Assembly: GCA_032718475.1 (NCBI GenBank)
Contig: JAUCBJ010006108.1
Span: 1-50,177 of the forward strand
Origin: Nemertoderma westbladi
Lineage: Eukaryota > Animalia > Xenacoelomorpha
Length of the DNA stretch: 50,177 bases
Direction of reading: 5' to 3'
The notes under the pieces: generated by a model
Told to the model about the DNA's origin: nothing
The model's database searches: none
The model's input: only the letters and a program-made list of their open reading frames with translations
Shown here: positions 1 to 11,637 of the stretch, piece after piece
How the letters are laid out: each line of letters starts with the position of its first letter
Position numbering within the stretch: position 1 is the stretch's first letter
Translations under genes and position numbers: made by a program

Positions 1-2
1 TT

Positions 3-218
3 AAGGTTAATAAGTCATTTCCAGAAGCAGTTTCATCCACATTTAATCCAAAGACATACATCAAAGAGATATCGAGTGATAGAAAGCGCAGATCTACATC
101 TCGAACATCTTCCAATCCCAACAATGATTCTATACCTATAAAGAAAAGAAAAGTTACAAAAGCAAGTGAAGAGGTAGCAGATTACAACAAGGAACATATA
201 AAAGCAGTATCAGATTGA
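3..218 (+). CDS. 3' end of an unidentified ORF (basic/Ser-rich, NLS-like PIKKRK), probably Polinton
   Basis: Frame 3 is open from the window edge to TGA at 216-218; no recognisable domain. Confidence 0.3.
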   Translation, partial: KVNKSFPEAVSSTFNPKTYIKEISSDRKRRSTSRTSSNPNNDSIPIKKRKVTKASEEVADYNKEHIKAVSD

Positions 219-773
219 TTTATTATTAACTAGAGACTTTTTTTTCAGTTTCACACTGACTAGTAAAGGTAACTTTTTAACACAAAGCATGATTATTATA
301 AAGTATTTGCATGTAAACGTGACTTTATTGAGTAAATATTGGTGATAGTTTATATTTAATGTGAGCATGGGATTAGGTATAAAACATTCGCATATAAATG
401 TGTGAGTTTATACCTGATATTATAATAAAACATTAGCATGTAAAACTTACTTTATCAATGAAAATTCAAAACGCATTATGCACATCTTGGTTTAGACTTG
501 ATTTTATTGTAAAGAATTCAGTTGTAAAAGCAACTTTATTTATGATATTAGTTTCCAATGTAACTGTTATTTATGATTGGTTGGTATAAGTAGAAACTTG
601 AAATATATATAAAGAGCTCAACTGATTCAATCGAGCTCATTCTGAAAATATTAAATTAATTAAAGTTTAGATATTATATTTTATTTGTGTTGAGTAGGTT
701 ATGAATTTTTTTTGATTATATATATATAACAATATTCATATTAATTTTAAATTGTCTTTAGGATAATAAAGAG

Positions 774-3700
774 ATGGATAAACAATTGAAATGTCCATTT
801 TGTCCACTTCAAATTTCTAAATGTAATTATTTAACTCATTTGAAGTCGCATTTTCAAGAATACAATTGTTTTAATTGTCAAGTGAAATGTTCACGTGAAG
901 AAATATGCAAACGACATGAATCAACTATGGGATGTAAAGAAATGAAGTTTTGCGTGTATGAAAAAACTTGCCCTACTTGTAATAAAGAGTATTTATATGA
1001 GAATTATTTACATCACAACTGTCACCAACGTTATTATCATGTTAGACCACGACCGAACCAAAATAATACTGTTGCATCTAGAAAAAGACTGAAATCTGGT
1101 CAAGGTCCATCAATTTTTAGCCTCGAACGAGCTGCACATGATAACCGTTTAGAAATCTATGTTTACAATCTTCCGAAAGATGAAGATTTCCCAGATATTC
1201 ATTCATCGATAGTAAAAATTCTCCCTTATATTGAAAAGTTATTATTAGGAAAACTTAGCAAAATGAATGTACTTAGACCCTGGCTAGGTGTGAATATACT
1301 CATGTATCGATCACATTTTTCAGAGGGTGACCAAGAAGAAACTTTCTATTTTAGTTCTTCAGGTGGTGCAGTTAATACCGTAGATTCACATGAAAGTTTC
1401 TATATTTGGTTTGAGTATGTACTAGAAAAATTAATGCAAAAAATAGCCGTATTTAACACTCGTGGCTCAGGGTGGCGCATTAAATCTCTATTAAGAGTGG
1501 AAATTAAAGTAGCTGAATCCAAGTCTAAGTCACTGGAATATAAAGGTCACGTTTATATGGAGTTACCTAAGGCTCTATCAGTTAAAAAATGTGTTATAAA
1601 TATACAAACGGTTGATAATGACTGTTTCAAATGGGCTATTATAGCCACAAAAATTAGTAGCAAAGTGAAAGATAACAAAAACCGTACTTCGCAGTACACA
1701 GATTATATGAATCATTTTATTTTTGACAACGGGAACAAAGATTATCCAACAGAATGGCAGCTTGCAATTAAACTTTTTGAAAAACAGAATTCAGCATATA
1801 TAATTAATTTATTACTCTACGACAACAATCGAGTATCTATATTAAGACAGGCACCATTTAGTATAATCACTCCAGATAAAGAGTTATTGAATATATTACT
1901 TGTAAAAAATAAGAATACGAGTAAACAATCACATTATGTTTGCATAACTAACTTGAATCGCTTGATGAATACAAGAGGATGTAAGAAATATTGTGAACGG
2001 TGTTTGTCACATTTCTACAGCAAGGATGTTCTAGAATTTCACCGTCTTGCTTGTTATCAAGGAAAAAGTCAAGTTGAGAAGCTACCGTCTGAAAAAAGAA
2101 CTCACATTAGCTTTAGAAATTTAGACAGAACATTACCAATTTGTAATATATTTTGACATAGAATCTATTTTGGAGCCAGCCAGCAATCGTAAATCTGCAA
2201 TAGTAAATTTATTCAGAATCATATTCCATGCGCTGTAAGTTATTTATTTGTCCCTAGTAGCGAATTAATCAATCCACCAAAATTTTATTTGAAGACCTTT
2301 ACAAAAACAATCGACAACAACTGTATTCAAGACTTTTTAGACTCTGTATATAATGACATCACTCAATTATATAAGTGGTCAGAAACCCACATAAGAGAGA
2401 ATATGATACTTAATGATGTAGATAAGTTAAGTTTTTGGAAAGCTAAAGCTTGCTTTTATTACAATGTTTTATTTAAGGATAAGTCTGAGAAAAACAAACA
2501 TCACTCACATATTACTGGTAACTATATAGCAGCCGCTTGTAACGCATGTAACCGCTCTTTATCGTTGAAACGACACATGTATATACTCGCTGCACACAAC
2601 TGCAATCACTACAATTTGCATTTTCTTTTACAAGTTGGTTTTTGTAATAACAGATATTCCGATTATGATATAAAGGTAATCCCTAAAAATTCTGAAAGGT
2701 ATATTTCACTAAGTATGCATATACCGGTGAAAGATCAAAAAACAAAAATCGAGCTACGTGTCTTAGACACATATCAATTTTTATCCTTTTCCCTAAGTAC
2801 TTTAGTTGATTGTTCAACAAAGGATATAGACAGCGAGGATATAACATCAGTTCTACCAATTACTGTACAGCAAATGAAATATTTTTATCCAAATTTAAAT
2901 AATGCAACAATTAAACGAAAAGGTATATTTCCCTACGAGTATCTGACAGATTTAAATAAATTCAATGATTCGAAATTACCATCAATAGACAAATTTTATA
3001 GTAAATTAACACAAAATACCTGTACACCCGAGGATTATAGTTTTGCCAACGCATCATGGAGTCAGTTTGACTGTTCAAATCTCAAGGATTATCTTTTAGC
3101 ATACTTAAAACTCGATGTTTGTCTCCTCGCTGATATATTTGAGAACTTTAGGAGAGTATGTAGACAAAACTACGAATTAGAAGTAGTTTATTATTGCAGT
3201 ATCACAGCTTTCACTTATGATTGTGCCCTGAAATACAATAAATGTAAGTTAGCATTAATAAAAGATTACCAAACATATAGAGATTTTGAAGCATCTATTA
3301 GAGGAGGGGTTTCATTCTGTCGAAAACATTACATAGAATCAAATATACCAGATACTGATAATTATGATCCAAGCAAGGAAGAGTGTCATATTTTCAATAT
3401 AGATTTTAATTCCTTGAATTCGGGTAATTTAAGTAAAAAGCTACCTGTTTAAGGTTTTGAACAACTCAACGTTACATATTTAGAGAATGCTGCTCCAGAA
3501 GAACTAATAAACTATTTAACAAATCTTGATACTGAAGGGGATATTGGGTTTTTCATAATTTGCGATTTGAAATATCCCAAAGATATTCATGATCGTACAT
3601 TAGAACTACCCTTAGCCCCAGAACATTTAAGCATAAATGAAACAATGCTTTCACCATATATGAAAGATCAATTTAATAATGTATGTAAACAAAGAGGTAC

Positions 3701-4819
3701 TAATAGCAAGTATAAGATGTGTGCACCAAAACTTATGTTGACATAATTCGATAAAGAATTCTATCATGTAAATTTAAAACTGTTAAAATTTTGTATACAA
3801 CAAGGTTTAATTGTTACTAAGCTCTATAAATTGTATTCTTTCCATCAAGACTTTGTATTTAAACCCTATATAGATTTTAATATTAATCAAAGACGTTTAG
3901 CAAAAACTTATATTGAAACAGCTGTTGCAAAGCTGCTGAATAACTCGTTATTTGGTAAAACAATAGAGAAGATACGAGATCGCTGTAATTTCCGTATTGC
4001 TAATAGCAATGAGAAATGCGATCAATTGGTGAAACGTATAAATCACGAAAATTTCATGATTTATAACAATTCCTTATCGGGACACTTATTAGTGAAAGAC
4101 AGCGTGACACTAGATAAACCAGTCTATGTAGGTAGTACTGTCTTGGATTTAGCCAAACTTGATATGTATGAGATGTACTACGATAAATTAGTACCTATTG
4201 AGAAAGAATTAAACTGCCGAATTGAAATTGTAGCATCAGATACAGACTCATTAATAGGTTGTTATTATAATACATCGCAGAGTAATTTCTTAAAAGCCTT
4301 AATTCAAAATAATATTCTAGATACCTCTAATTACCCCAAGGATCACCCTCTCTACAGCGATAAAAATAAATCCAGACTCTATTACTGTAAAGACGAGTTG
4401 TGCTCACAAGAGATTAAGGAAGCTGTATTTTTACGTCCAAAGTTATATTCAATTTTGGAATGGAATGAAACGAATATACGACGGGTGAAAGGAATAAAAA
4501 GAGCTGTCGTGGATAAAAAAATTAAGAAGATTATAAAATTATAAAATAAAATAAAAAAATTATAAAATAAGAAGATTATTTAAGAGCATATAACGAAGAA
4601 ATTTCCAAGGAAACGCATCAATTTCAGAGTCAATTACACAAAGTGTACACTGTAGCACGAGATAAGTTTGCTCTCAGCGCATTTGACGATAAACTTTATT
4701 GGGTTAATAAAAATCATTCACTTCCCTGGGGTCACTATCAAACAAAGGTTGTAAAACCACTAAAAAAAATAAATATACCTATTTATCGGGAACCAAACAA
4801 TGAACTATCAGATAGTTAA
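774..4819 (+). pseudogene. Protein-primed family B DNA polymerase (pPolB), frameshifted into at least 4 pieces
   Basis: N-terminal Zn-finger-like motifs, GSGW, NDCFKWA...SHY (OTU-like region), ExoI DIES just after the frameshift at ~2155, HNH-like HHSHITGNY..ACNACN, ExoIII YLKLDV, motif A IDFNSL, motif B KLLNNSLFGK, motif C SDTDSL, C-terminal LSAFDDK...LPWGHY. Confidence 0.93.
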
Positions 4820-5279
4820 TAAGAATGTAAGTTGCCAGCAAGTGTCAGCGATTAATTTGAAAGAATTAAAAAATCAATTATCTGGTAAACACATACTCAA
4901 ACCAAATCAGTTTATATATATGATATTTGGTGCCACATTATTAATATTTAAAAATGGTCGTATTACATTATTAGGTAGTAAGTATAATTTCCAAAAAGTA
5001 AAAAAGCATATATTTGATAAAACAAGTATTAATTTGATTTTAAAATCTGTTAATTTATGTACTTATATTTTTAGTATTAACTCTGTAGTCTATAGGTTAT
5101 TGATAAACAATACCGGGTTTTATGTTGTCTTTGATAATGTACAACTTCAAGTTATATATGAACCTGAAATTTTTAATAATTGCAAAATAAGAATAAATAA
5201 TACCGTAGTCATTTGCTGCTTTCATACCGGTAAATGTACTTTAATGTGTTCATCTAGCAAATTTCACATTTATTACTAG
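4800..5279 (+). CDS. TATA-binding-protein (TBP)-like protein, divergent
   Basis: Two pseudo-repeats resembling the TBP core: INLKEL...PNQF...ATLLIFKNGRITLLG and IYEPEIF...CCFHTGKCTLM (compare YEPE.F...LIFxSGK). Confidence 0.6.
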   Translation: MNYQIVNKNVSCQQVSAINLKELKNQLSGKHILKPNQFIYMIFGATLLIFKNGRITLLGSKYNFQKVKKHIFDKTSINLILKSVNLCTYIFSINSVVYRLLINNTGFYVVFDNVQLQVIYEPEIFNNCKIRINNTVVICCFHTGKCTLMCSSSKFHIYY

Positions 5280-5454
5280 CCTATATTTAGTAAACTGGTT
5301 AATTATTTATTAATGTTTGGTGTTGTGACTTTAGGTGTAGAATATATTGGTAATTGAAGGTGAAAAGAAGAAGGTGAAAATTAAACATTATTATTTTTCA
5401 ATCGACAGATCGATAGTTAGGGAAAACTAACCTCGTTTGAATAAGCATGACTCT

Positions 5455-5715
5455 CGCAGGCTGACTGCATGCCTAGCTGGCAGTAGCTGCGTGGCTGGCT
5501 GCGTGGCTGGCTGCGAGGCTGGCTGTGAGGCTGACTGCGTGACTAGCTGCGAGGCTGGCTGCGTGGTGGGCTGCGAGGCTGGCTGCGAGGCTGACTGCGT
5601 GACTAGCTGCGAGGCTGGCTGTGTGGTTGGCTGCGAGGCTGACTGCGTGACTAGCTGCGAGGCTGGCTGTGAGGCTGGCTGCGAGGTTGAGTGCATCCCA
5701 GCAGCGTGGCTGACT
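5455..5715. repeat. GC-rich 12-bp-unit minisatellite built from GGCT/GACT 4-mers
   Basis: Units such as GGCTGGCTGCGA and GACTAGCTGCGA repeated about 18 times; lies between the convergent Polinton gene blocks. Confidence 0.9.
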
Positions 5716-6294
5716 GCACACACATCTGATTGTAACTGGCTCACGATATTGTATACATTGGCTTAGTTTGTTACTGCAGGTACTGTTACATTAATACTGT
5801 AGTACTGCAGTACAATGCTAATCGAAGGAAATCAGTATGCTCTATCTGACTATACTGTTACAACAACAGTGACAGTACTGCAGTACTGTCACTATTTGGG
5901 TAGGGGATCTAATCCCTGTATGTGAGGCCCATGCGAGCAATCCAGGTCATGACTGCAGTATGCTTGCCTGACTGCAGTATGCTTATAGGTTGAAAAAAAA
6001 CAAATGCTATTGACAGATTGAACTAGATTACTGATACCGGTAGACCGCGACTGCAGTGTTGGAAGAGTAAAACACTACCGGTACTGATAAAGTGGATGAC
6101 AGTTGTGGATAGGCCTATACTAAATTATTGAATTAAACAGTACCGGTACCAACAGGTTAACATTATATCCTGTACAGATTATGTTGCATTTCTGACTAAT
6201 ATTACTAAAGTTATATCTCTGGTCAACTACTGTATGTGTTATTAGTTTGCGACGTAAAGGATGTTTCGTGATACCGGTACAACTATATTAGAAT

Positions 6295-7590
6295 ACTACT
6301 ACTACTACTAGGATCGGCATGCTGCATTGCAGCTGCATTTTTAAGAATGCTGTGCCGGCTTGTCAACAAAATTGCACCGCCACAACTCCCTATCACCCAT
6401 GACATTTGCTAGATCATCCGCATCTTTAAGGCCAGTGTCCTTTAAGATGCGTCTCAAGAAAGTCATGGGCTGTCCACCATGCTTATTCACTCCATGAGGC
6501 TGCCAAAGTACAAGATTATGCACTGGCTGGTCCTCACGGCGAAAGCAATGTCCTGCAAAGCGGAGGCGATTTTGTTCTAGTGTCAAGCTTGGGGGAACCA
6601 ATGAGACACCTCCAATGTTATATAGTGTCTGGTTGGAGATGTGTGCATTGTACTTGACACAATGAACCCGGCGTAGCATTCTTGTGAATGTGCCATCCAG
6701 AGATTTGGTGTCCTCAGCAGTTAGAGCCCAGCATGGACTCCCATAGAGGAGTACTGGAACTACTGCTGCTCTAAATAATCGGACCTTAAGTTTCCGATTA
6801 ATTCTCGGTGACTTCCAAATCCTGGAAAGCCTATTCAAGGCTGCCCATGCCTTTCCCTTACGTATTCGAAGGTCCTCACCTGACTTCCGGATCCAAGATC
6901 CCAGGTAACAGAAGTCGTCCACATGCTCAAGCATACCATCCTTTGAGCTTATGCTCATCCGATCAGAGACTTGCTGAGGACTTTCAAAGTTAACTGTCAG
7001 AATTTTGGTCTTTCTGGAGTTAATAAAAAGACCAACACTAGAAGCAGCATGTTCTAATGAGCTGAGGAGCCGTTGGGCTGAGGATCAGTTAGGTACTTGG
7101 CAGGATTTCCTCGACTTCTGGAGCCAGTAGGTGGAGTTATCATCACCCCATCATCATTATGATGATCTAAGGACATGCGTAGAACATAGTCAACCACAAT
7201 AATGAACAAGAATGGTGCAAGTGTGTCTCCTTGGAGGACGCCCCATAACACTTCAAATGGTTCTGTGTCACCGTCAACAGTAGACACAAATGTTGTCGAA
7301 CCATCGTATACTATTCTGATTGCTGTAATAATTTCATCAGGAATCCCATATAATGAAAGTATGCTGAACATACGTGAGCGAGAGACTGAATCAAAGGCCT
7401 TGAAGAAGTCAACAAAGATAACAGCCAGATGCCTGTCTTTCTTTTTTGATAATTCTTCAATTATCCTTCTAAGTGCCAAAATGGGCTCCATGGTTCCACG
7501 ACCTTTGCGGAACCCATTCGGAATATTATATATATTATATTATATATTATATATATATATTATATATATATTATATATATATATTATATA
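6295..7590 (-). mobile_element. 5'-truncated RTE-like non-LTR retrotransposon (RT remnant)
   Basis: RT motifs FVDFFKAFDSV and GVLQGDTLAPFLF; the YADD segment is deleted. C-terminal FCYLGS...LYGSPCW...RLRFAGH. (TAG)n 3' tail. 11-bp TSD TATATTAGAAT at 6284-6294 and 7591-7601. Confidence 0.88.
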
Positions 7591-7801
7591 TATATTAGAA
7601 TGATATCGGGAATACTTACTGTATATGTTACGTCTACGTCATATTGTTAAATGTGTATGTTAACCTAGCGCAATTGATTCTTTTTTAGAGAACTTGTTGT
7701 AAAAAAAAAAAAAAATTTTATTATATTTTTATATTAACATCAAGACCATCACCAAAATAAAATTATATTATATCCCATCATATTACAAGCTTAGAGTAAA
7801 C

Positions 7802-8161
7802 CTACTGTACATCATTCACCGCAGTTATTTCTTTCTGTTTATCACCTGTCTCAGTTAATTGCTTCGTTACATACCCTCCAATCCTTTTCGCTGAGCAGTA
7901 ATTCAAGCAGCTATCACCATCTTTGTGAAAACTACATTTATCTTCTACAGTAGTTAATTTATCGTGGAAGGGACACGGAGTTAAATAATTGTAATATAGT
8001 CGAAATATTTGTCTTTATTTTGTCTTTACTTTGTCTGTATTTGTCTTTATATTAGTTTTACTGTATTTAGAATCGAATATAGCAAATTTTTTTAATACTA
8101 CCGGATATTCCTTATTGTCTATCTTATAATATTGAAAATCAATAAAAATAACATCATCCAT
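7802..8161 (-). pseudogene. Degenerate small Polinton ORF (MDDVIFIDFQYY...KKFAIFDS...CPFH)
   Basis: ATG at 8161 directly downstream of the protease; interrupted by stop/frameshift. N-terminus resembles DEDD-like small Polinton ORFs, by recollection only. Confidence 0.3.
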
Positions 8162-8205
8162 TTTATCAAATAATATTTTTAAATAAACAAAAGTTAAATG
8201 ATTAA

Positions 8206-8670
8206 TTACAACGCCTGTTGGTTTATTTTATAATAATTAACAAGCCATTTATATAATGTTATTTCATTTATTTCTACATTATTTGTAAATGCTCTCATTG
8301 GATAGTTTGTGTGAATTCGATTTACCAAGTAATAAAGACAGTATAACCCGCATGATATAACCCGTATGATCCTTCTAGGGTCTTGAAATTGCCTGCGAGT
8401 AGTACACCACTTTGTTGAATTTTTCTCAAGCCATTTTTCAATACATCTGTTTGGATATTTTGGACCAAACGAATTAAATAATTCAGCTTCATTATCTCGT
8501 ATATATATAGCCACCCAATGAACACCAGGTAGATGCGCTTTATCGGTATTTACTATTAACCCATAGTCTCTTCGCATATTATTATCTAATTTAGGTAATT
8601 TATTAGACGGAAATGCCCCCAAATAGTGACCACCCACTGGAAACATATCAAGGTCCTCTGTAGATAACAT
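8206..8670 (-). CDS. Adenain-like (Polinton PRO) cysteine maturation protease
   Basis: VNTD...PGVHWVA (His), FNSFG (usual Asp replaced by Asn), FQ....SCGLYC (Gln, Cys). Confidence 0.9.
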   Translation of the reverse strand: MLSTEDLDMFPVGGHYLGAFPSNKLPKLDNNMRRDYGLIVNTDKAHLPGVHWVAIYIRDNEAELFNSFGPKYPNRCIEKWLEKNSTKWCTTRRQFQDPRRIIRVISCGLYCLYYLVNRIHTNYPMRAFTNNVEINEITLYKWLVNYYKINQQAL

Positions 8671-8672
8671 AC

Positions 8673-9923
8673 TTAATCGATATGTATTTCTTTCCTGCTA
8701 TTTAAGCTTAATGATTGATCATAAATATTAAAAACGATTACATTTATGGTCTCAACCAACGGTTCGGCAAATCTTAATTTTAATTATCCGTTAGTATATT
8801 GATGGCTGGGGATCCCTAACATAGCCGTCGGCAGTTAGGTCCCAGGAAATGAGTGGGCAGTTACCTAAGTAGGTTTCATGGCCTTTATTATTACCTCCAT
8901 AACCGTTAATATATGTATTAATGTTCTTCATTAATTGAGTATACTCAAAAATGTATGTTCCATCTGTAAAATTAGGCTCGTATATGACACCACCTACTGG
9001 AAGACCGTCTACAATCAGTTCCGTGCGTCTAAGGTTAAAATGTTCAAATTTCAACGGATTACTAGTTAATTCACCCGAATATGAATTATTTGTTATAAAA
9101 TCGATAATAACCAATTTGGGTTTTTTACCATCAAATATGTTTGTTTGGGTGTAATTTATGGTTTGAGCGGGAATAGTAAATGTAGTAACCTCTTTTTTTT
9201 GAAATTGATATTCAATATCGTAGCTCTCTAAACCTTTTAGATGGCTGCTTTCTATTACTGGATTAACCTCCATTCTAGGGATTAGGATCTTTACTTGATC
9301 TAATTCTAGCCGAAGATTTGTCACAGCGTTTGCGTTTGGAGTGATTTTAAAAATAAACGAATTTGATACTTTTCTAAAATGCATTCTTAAATCATACCCG
9401 GGTTGTATTATTTTACTTTCAGTATCAAAATCAATCGTCAATCCACTTACAAATTGCATTTGTTTACTGAAGGCATCGGCAATAGGATGCGCGCCGGGAT
9501 TGATTTCATTTCCGTGTTCGGATAAAGGCTGACGAAAGCCACCTGCCCCCAGTAGCCCATTTTTTGTTTCATATGTAGTAAAAAGTAAATTGGATAAGTA
9601 CGACTTGTAGAAATAATGGTTATTGCTATTTTCAACCTGCTTCTCATCTATTTTAATATCACTCCACATAGTCCAGAGGGGTAATTAAACATATAAATAT
9701 GTGAGTTTTCAAGCCGTCTATCCCACCGTACAGTACATTTTGTAATTAATAACGCATCTTGCAGTTTCGTATAGAATTCATTGGATCTCGGTACAAGAAA
9801 TGTGACTTCCCTAGACTCGCTTCTGAGACTAGATACCGGGTAAATTGTTTCATAATGCTTTGCTTTAAATTCAGTCTGTATTGGCTGTGTAGAAAATAAA
9901 TCTAATTCCTTAATAATTGACAT
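8673..9923 (-). pseudogene. Major capsid protein (double jelly-roll, hexon-like), frameshifted
   Basis: N-terminus ELDLFSTQPIQTE..YETIYP; YFYKSYLSNLL; SNPLKFEHFNL; WDLTAD; C-terminal KFAEPLVETINVIVF in a shifted frame ending at 8673. Confidence 0.88.
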
Positions 9924-9925
9924 TA

Positions 9926-10488
9926 TTAAAAAATACTTTTTTCGCAGTGTTTGAGTTTGCCTTTTTTTATTTTTCTATTTTTACTATGACGATGATGCAT
10001 GTTCATAGACATTGGTTTAGACGGTCGCTTTAAATCTCTATAAACTTTTTCTACAACCGATCTTGTTGATGGTTTCATTTTATTTAATGCTTTATTAATA
10101 ACCGTATTAGCCTGCTGATGTAAGACCCGCTTACCTTTTGGTATTACGTGTTGTCTCATAAATTTTGTGGTTAATGGTAAAGCTTTTTGTAAAACTTTTT
10201 TTGCTAATGGCTTTCCAAATTTTTCAATGTAGATAAAGCATCTGTAAATATACCTTCCCTGTATTGATTTGTCTGCATACCTCTGCGATAATGTTGAAAA
10301 CGATATTGTTTTAAGTTTGGACCAAATGCACCAATTTGTTGACCGTAAGGGTCAATATACGAACCACCTCGAAAAACAGGAACTTGCGTCGAGCCTCTCG
10401 TACTTCTACCACCTTTAAAAACAGCAAGATTAGAGTCTGCACCACCATATTGAGGTTTACTGTATCTTTGAAATAAATCGGAATCCAT
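9926..10488 (-). pseudogene. Polinton PZ-like basic core/membrane-active virion protein, one frameshift
   Basis: Lies between penton and MCP. xxGG adenain-type sites (QYGG, FKGG, FRGG), an amphipathic segment and a basic tail ending ..SIF. ORFs 10204-10488 and 9926-10159 are parts of one gene. Confidence 0.65.
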
Positions 10489-10489
10489 T

Positions 10490-11334
10490 TTAATTTATTT
10501 TTTTAAAGTGTAAGGTAATAGAAGTTGTGCCGTATTCAAAATTCAAATCTTTTCCTTCTTTGTCTGTTATTTCAATATGAATGTATGTTATCTTATCTGA
10601 TTTTTTTACAGGGATATAATGAATTGTATCCTTGGCAAATTCTTTATTTATTACACTGCCATATCTCATGTCATCAGGTATCACCACGTGACGAAGTAAA
10701 GCTAAGCCAAAATCATTAATATATTCATTTTCAATTATATTAGTAGTCACGTACATGTTCGACTTAGGTTCTGGAATAGAATTGGGTGGTTGAGGACATA
10801 AAAATACCATTTGGTAAGTTTTTTCTTCATTTCCGAGAATCTTTATTAAATATCCCTTTATATTATTTTTCGACTTCAAAATAATTTTAAAATTTGGATT
10901 TAAATTCACAACGAGATTATTTCCAGTAATTCCAAAATAATAGGCTAATTGTTGACCTATAAATAACTCTCGTACAGTTTTCCCTAAAATAAATTGCAAT
11001 CTATTTTGCTGAGTATTTTCAACTATTTGTAATTTATCTTTCAACGCCCCAGTGTTAAAACAATCTATAATGTCATTAATACTGTAGAACAAACCGGATG
11101 GAAGTGTATCCTCAAAATTTTTTTCCCTTTTTTTAATAAAATAACATTCTCTACATTGTTATACATGGATGGTAACGTGGCTAAGTAAAATATACTTTTT
11201 ATACCAACCACCCAGTTTTCGTTTGGATTTATAGGTAAGGCACCATGAAAATTGATCTGATAATTACTATTAGTATTACGAGGAAAATCAATTGGACACG
11301 AGTTACTTGGTAGTCTAACATAGAATTCATCCAT
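10490..11334 (-). pseudogene. Minor capsid protein (penton) paralogue B, one frameshift near 11090
   Basis: FYVRLPSNS..FPRNTNSNY...WVVGIKSIFY; C-terminal MYVTTNII...LLRHV...NFEYGTTSITLHFKK. Confidence 0.85.
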
Positions 11335-11637
11335 CACCACCACGTATTAACTTAAGTGTTATAACAGTGCGACCATCGTTGAAATTAATTAATTCACCTT
11401 GACCGTCATGTAAAGTAATTAAGATTGTTTTTAGTTTTTTATTCAACAATGAGTAATAGCAAATGCTCTCGTATTCGTGATTAATATATTTTCGATTTAA
11501 TTGTGTTAAAGGACAGGTTCTTAAGAGCGGAGCTAAAGCGTCACCAACAAAAGAGCTTTCAATAATATCTGTATATATGAAGATCGTATCTTTATTATGA
11601 GTAATATTCGTGGGATCTGGAAAATCTAAAATACCAA
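11327..11637 (-). pseudogene. Penton paralogue A, 3' half (separated from its 5' half by the BEL insertion)
   Basis: Reads ILDFPDP...IFIYTDIIESSFVGDALAPLLR...DGQGELINFNDGRTVITLKL, in frame with 33238-33783 once the BEL element and one ACCAA copy are removed. Confidence 0.88.

Noticed and set aside
5427-5766. Cys-rich (xxGC) or SQPA-repeat protein ORFs
   Set aside because: Open frames on both strands are produced by the minisatellite; the starts are TTG/GTG and there is no other coding evidence.
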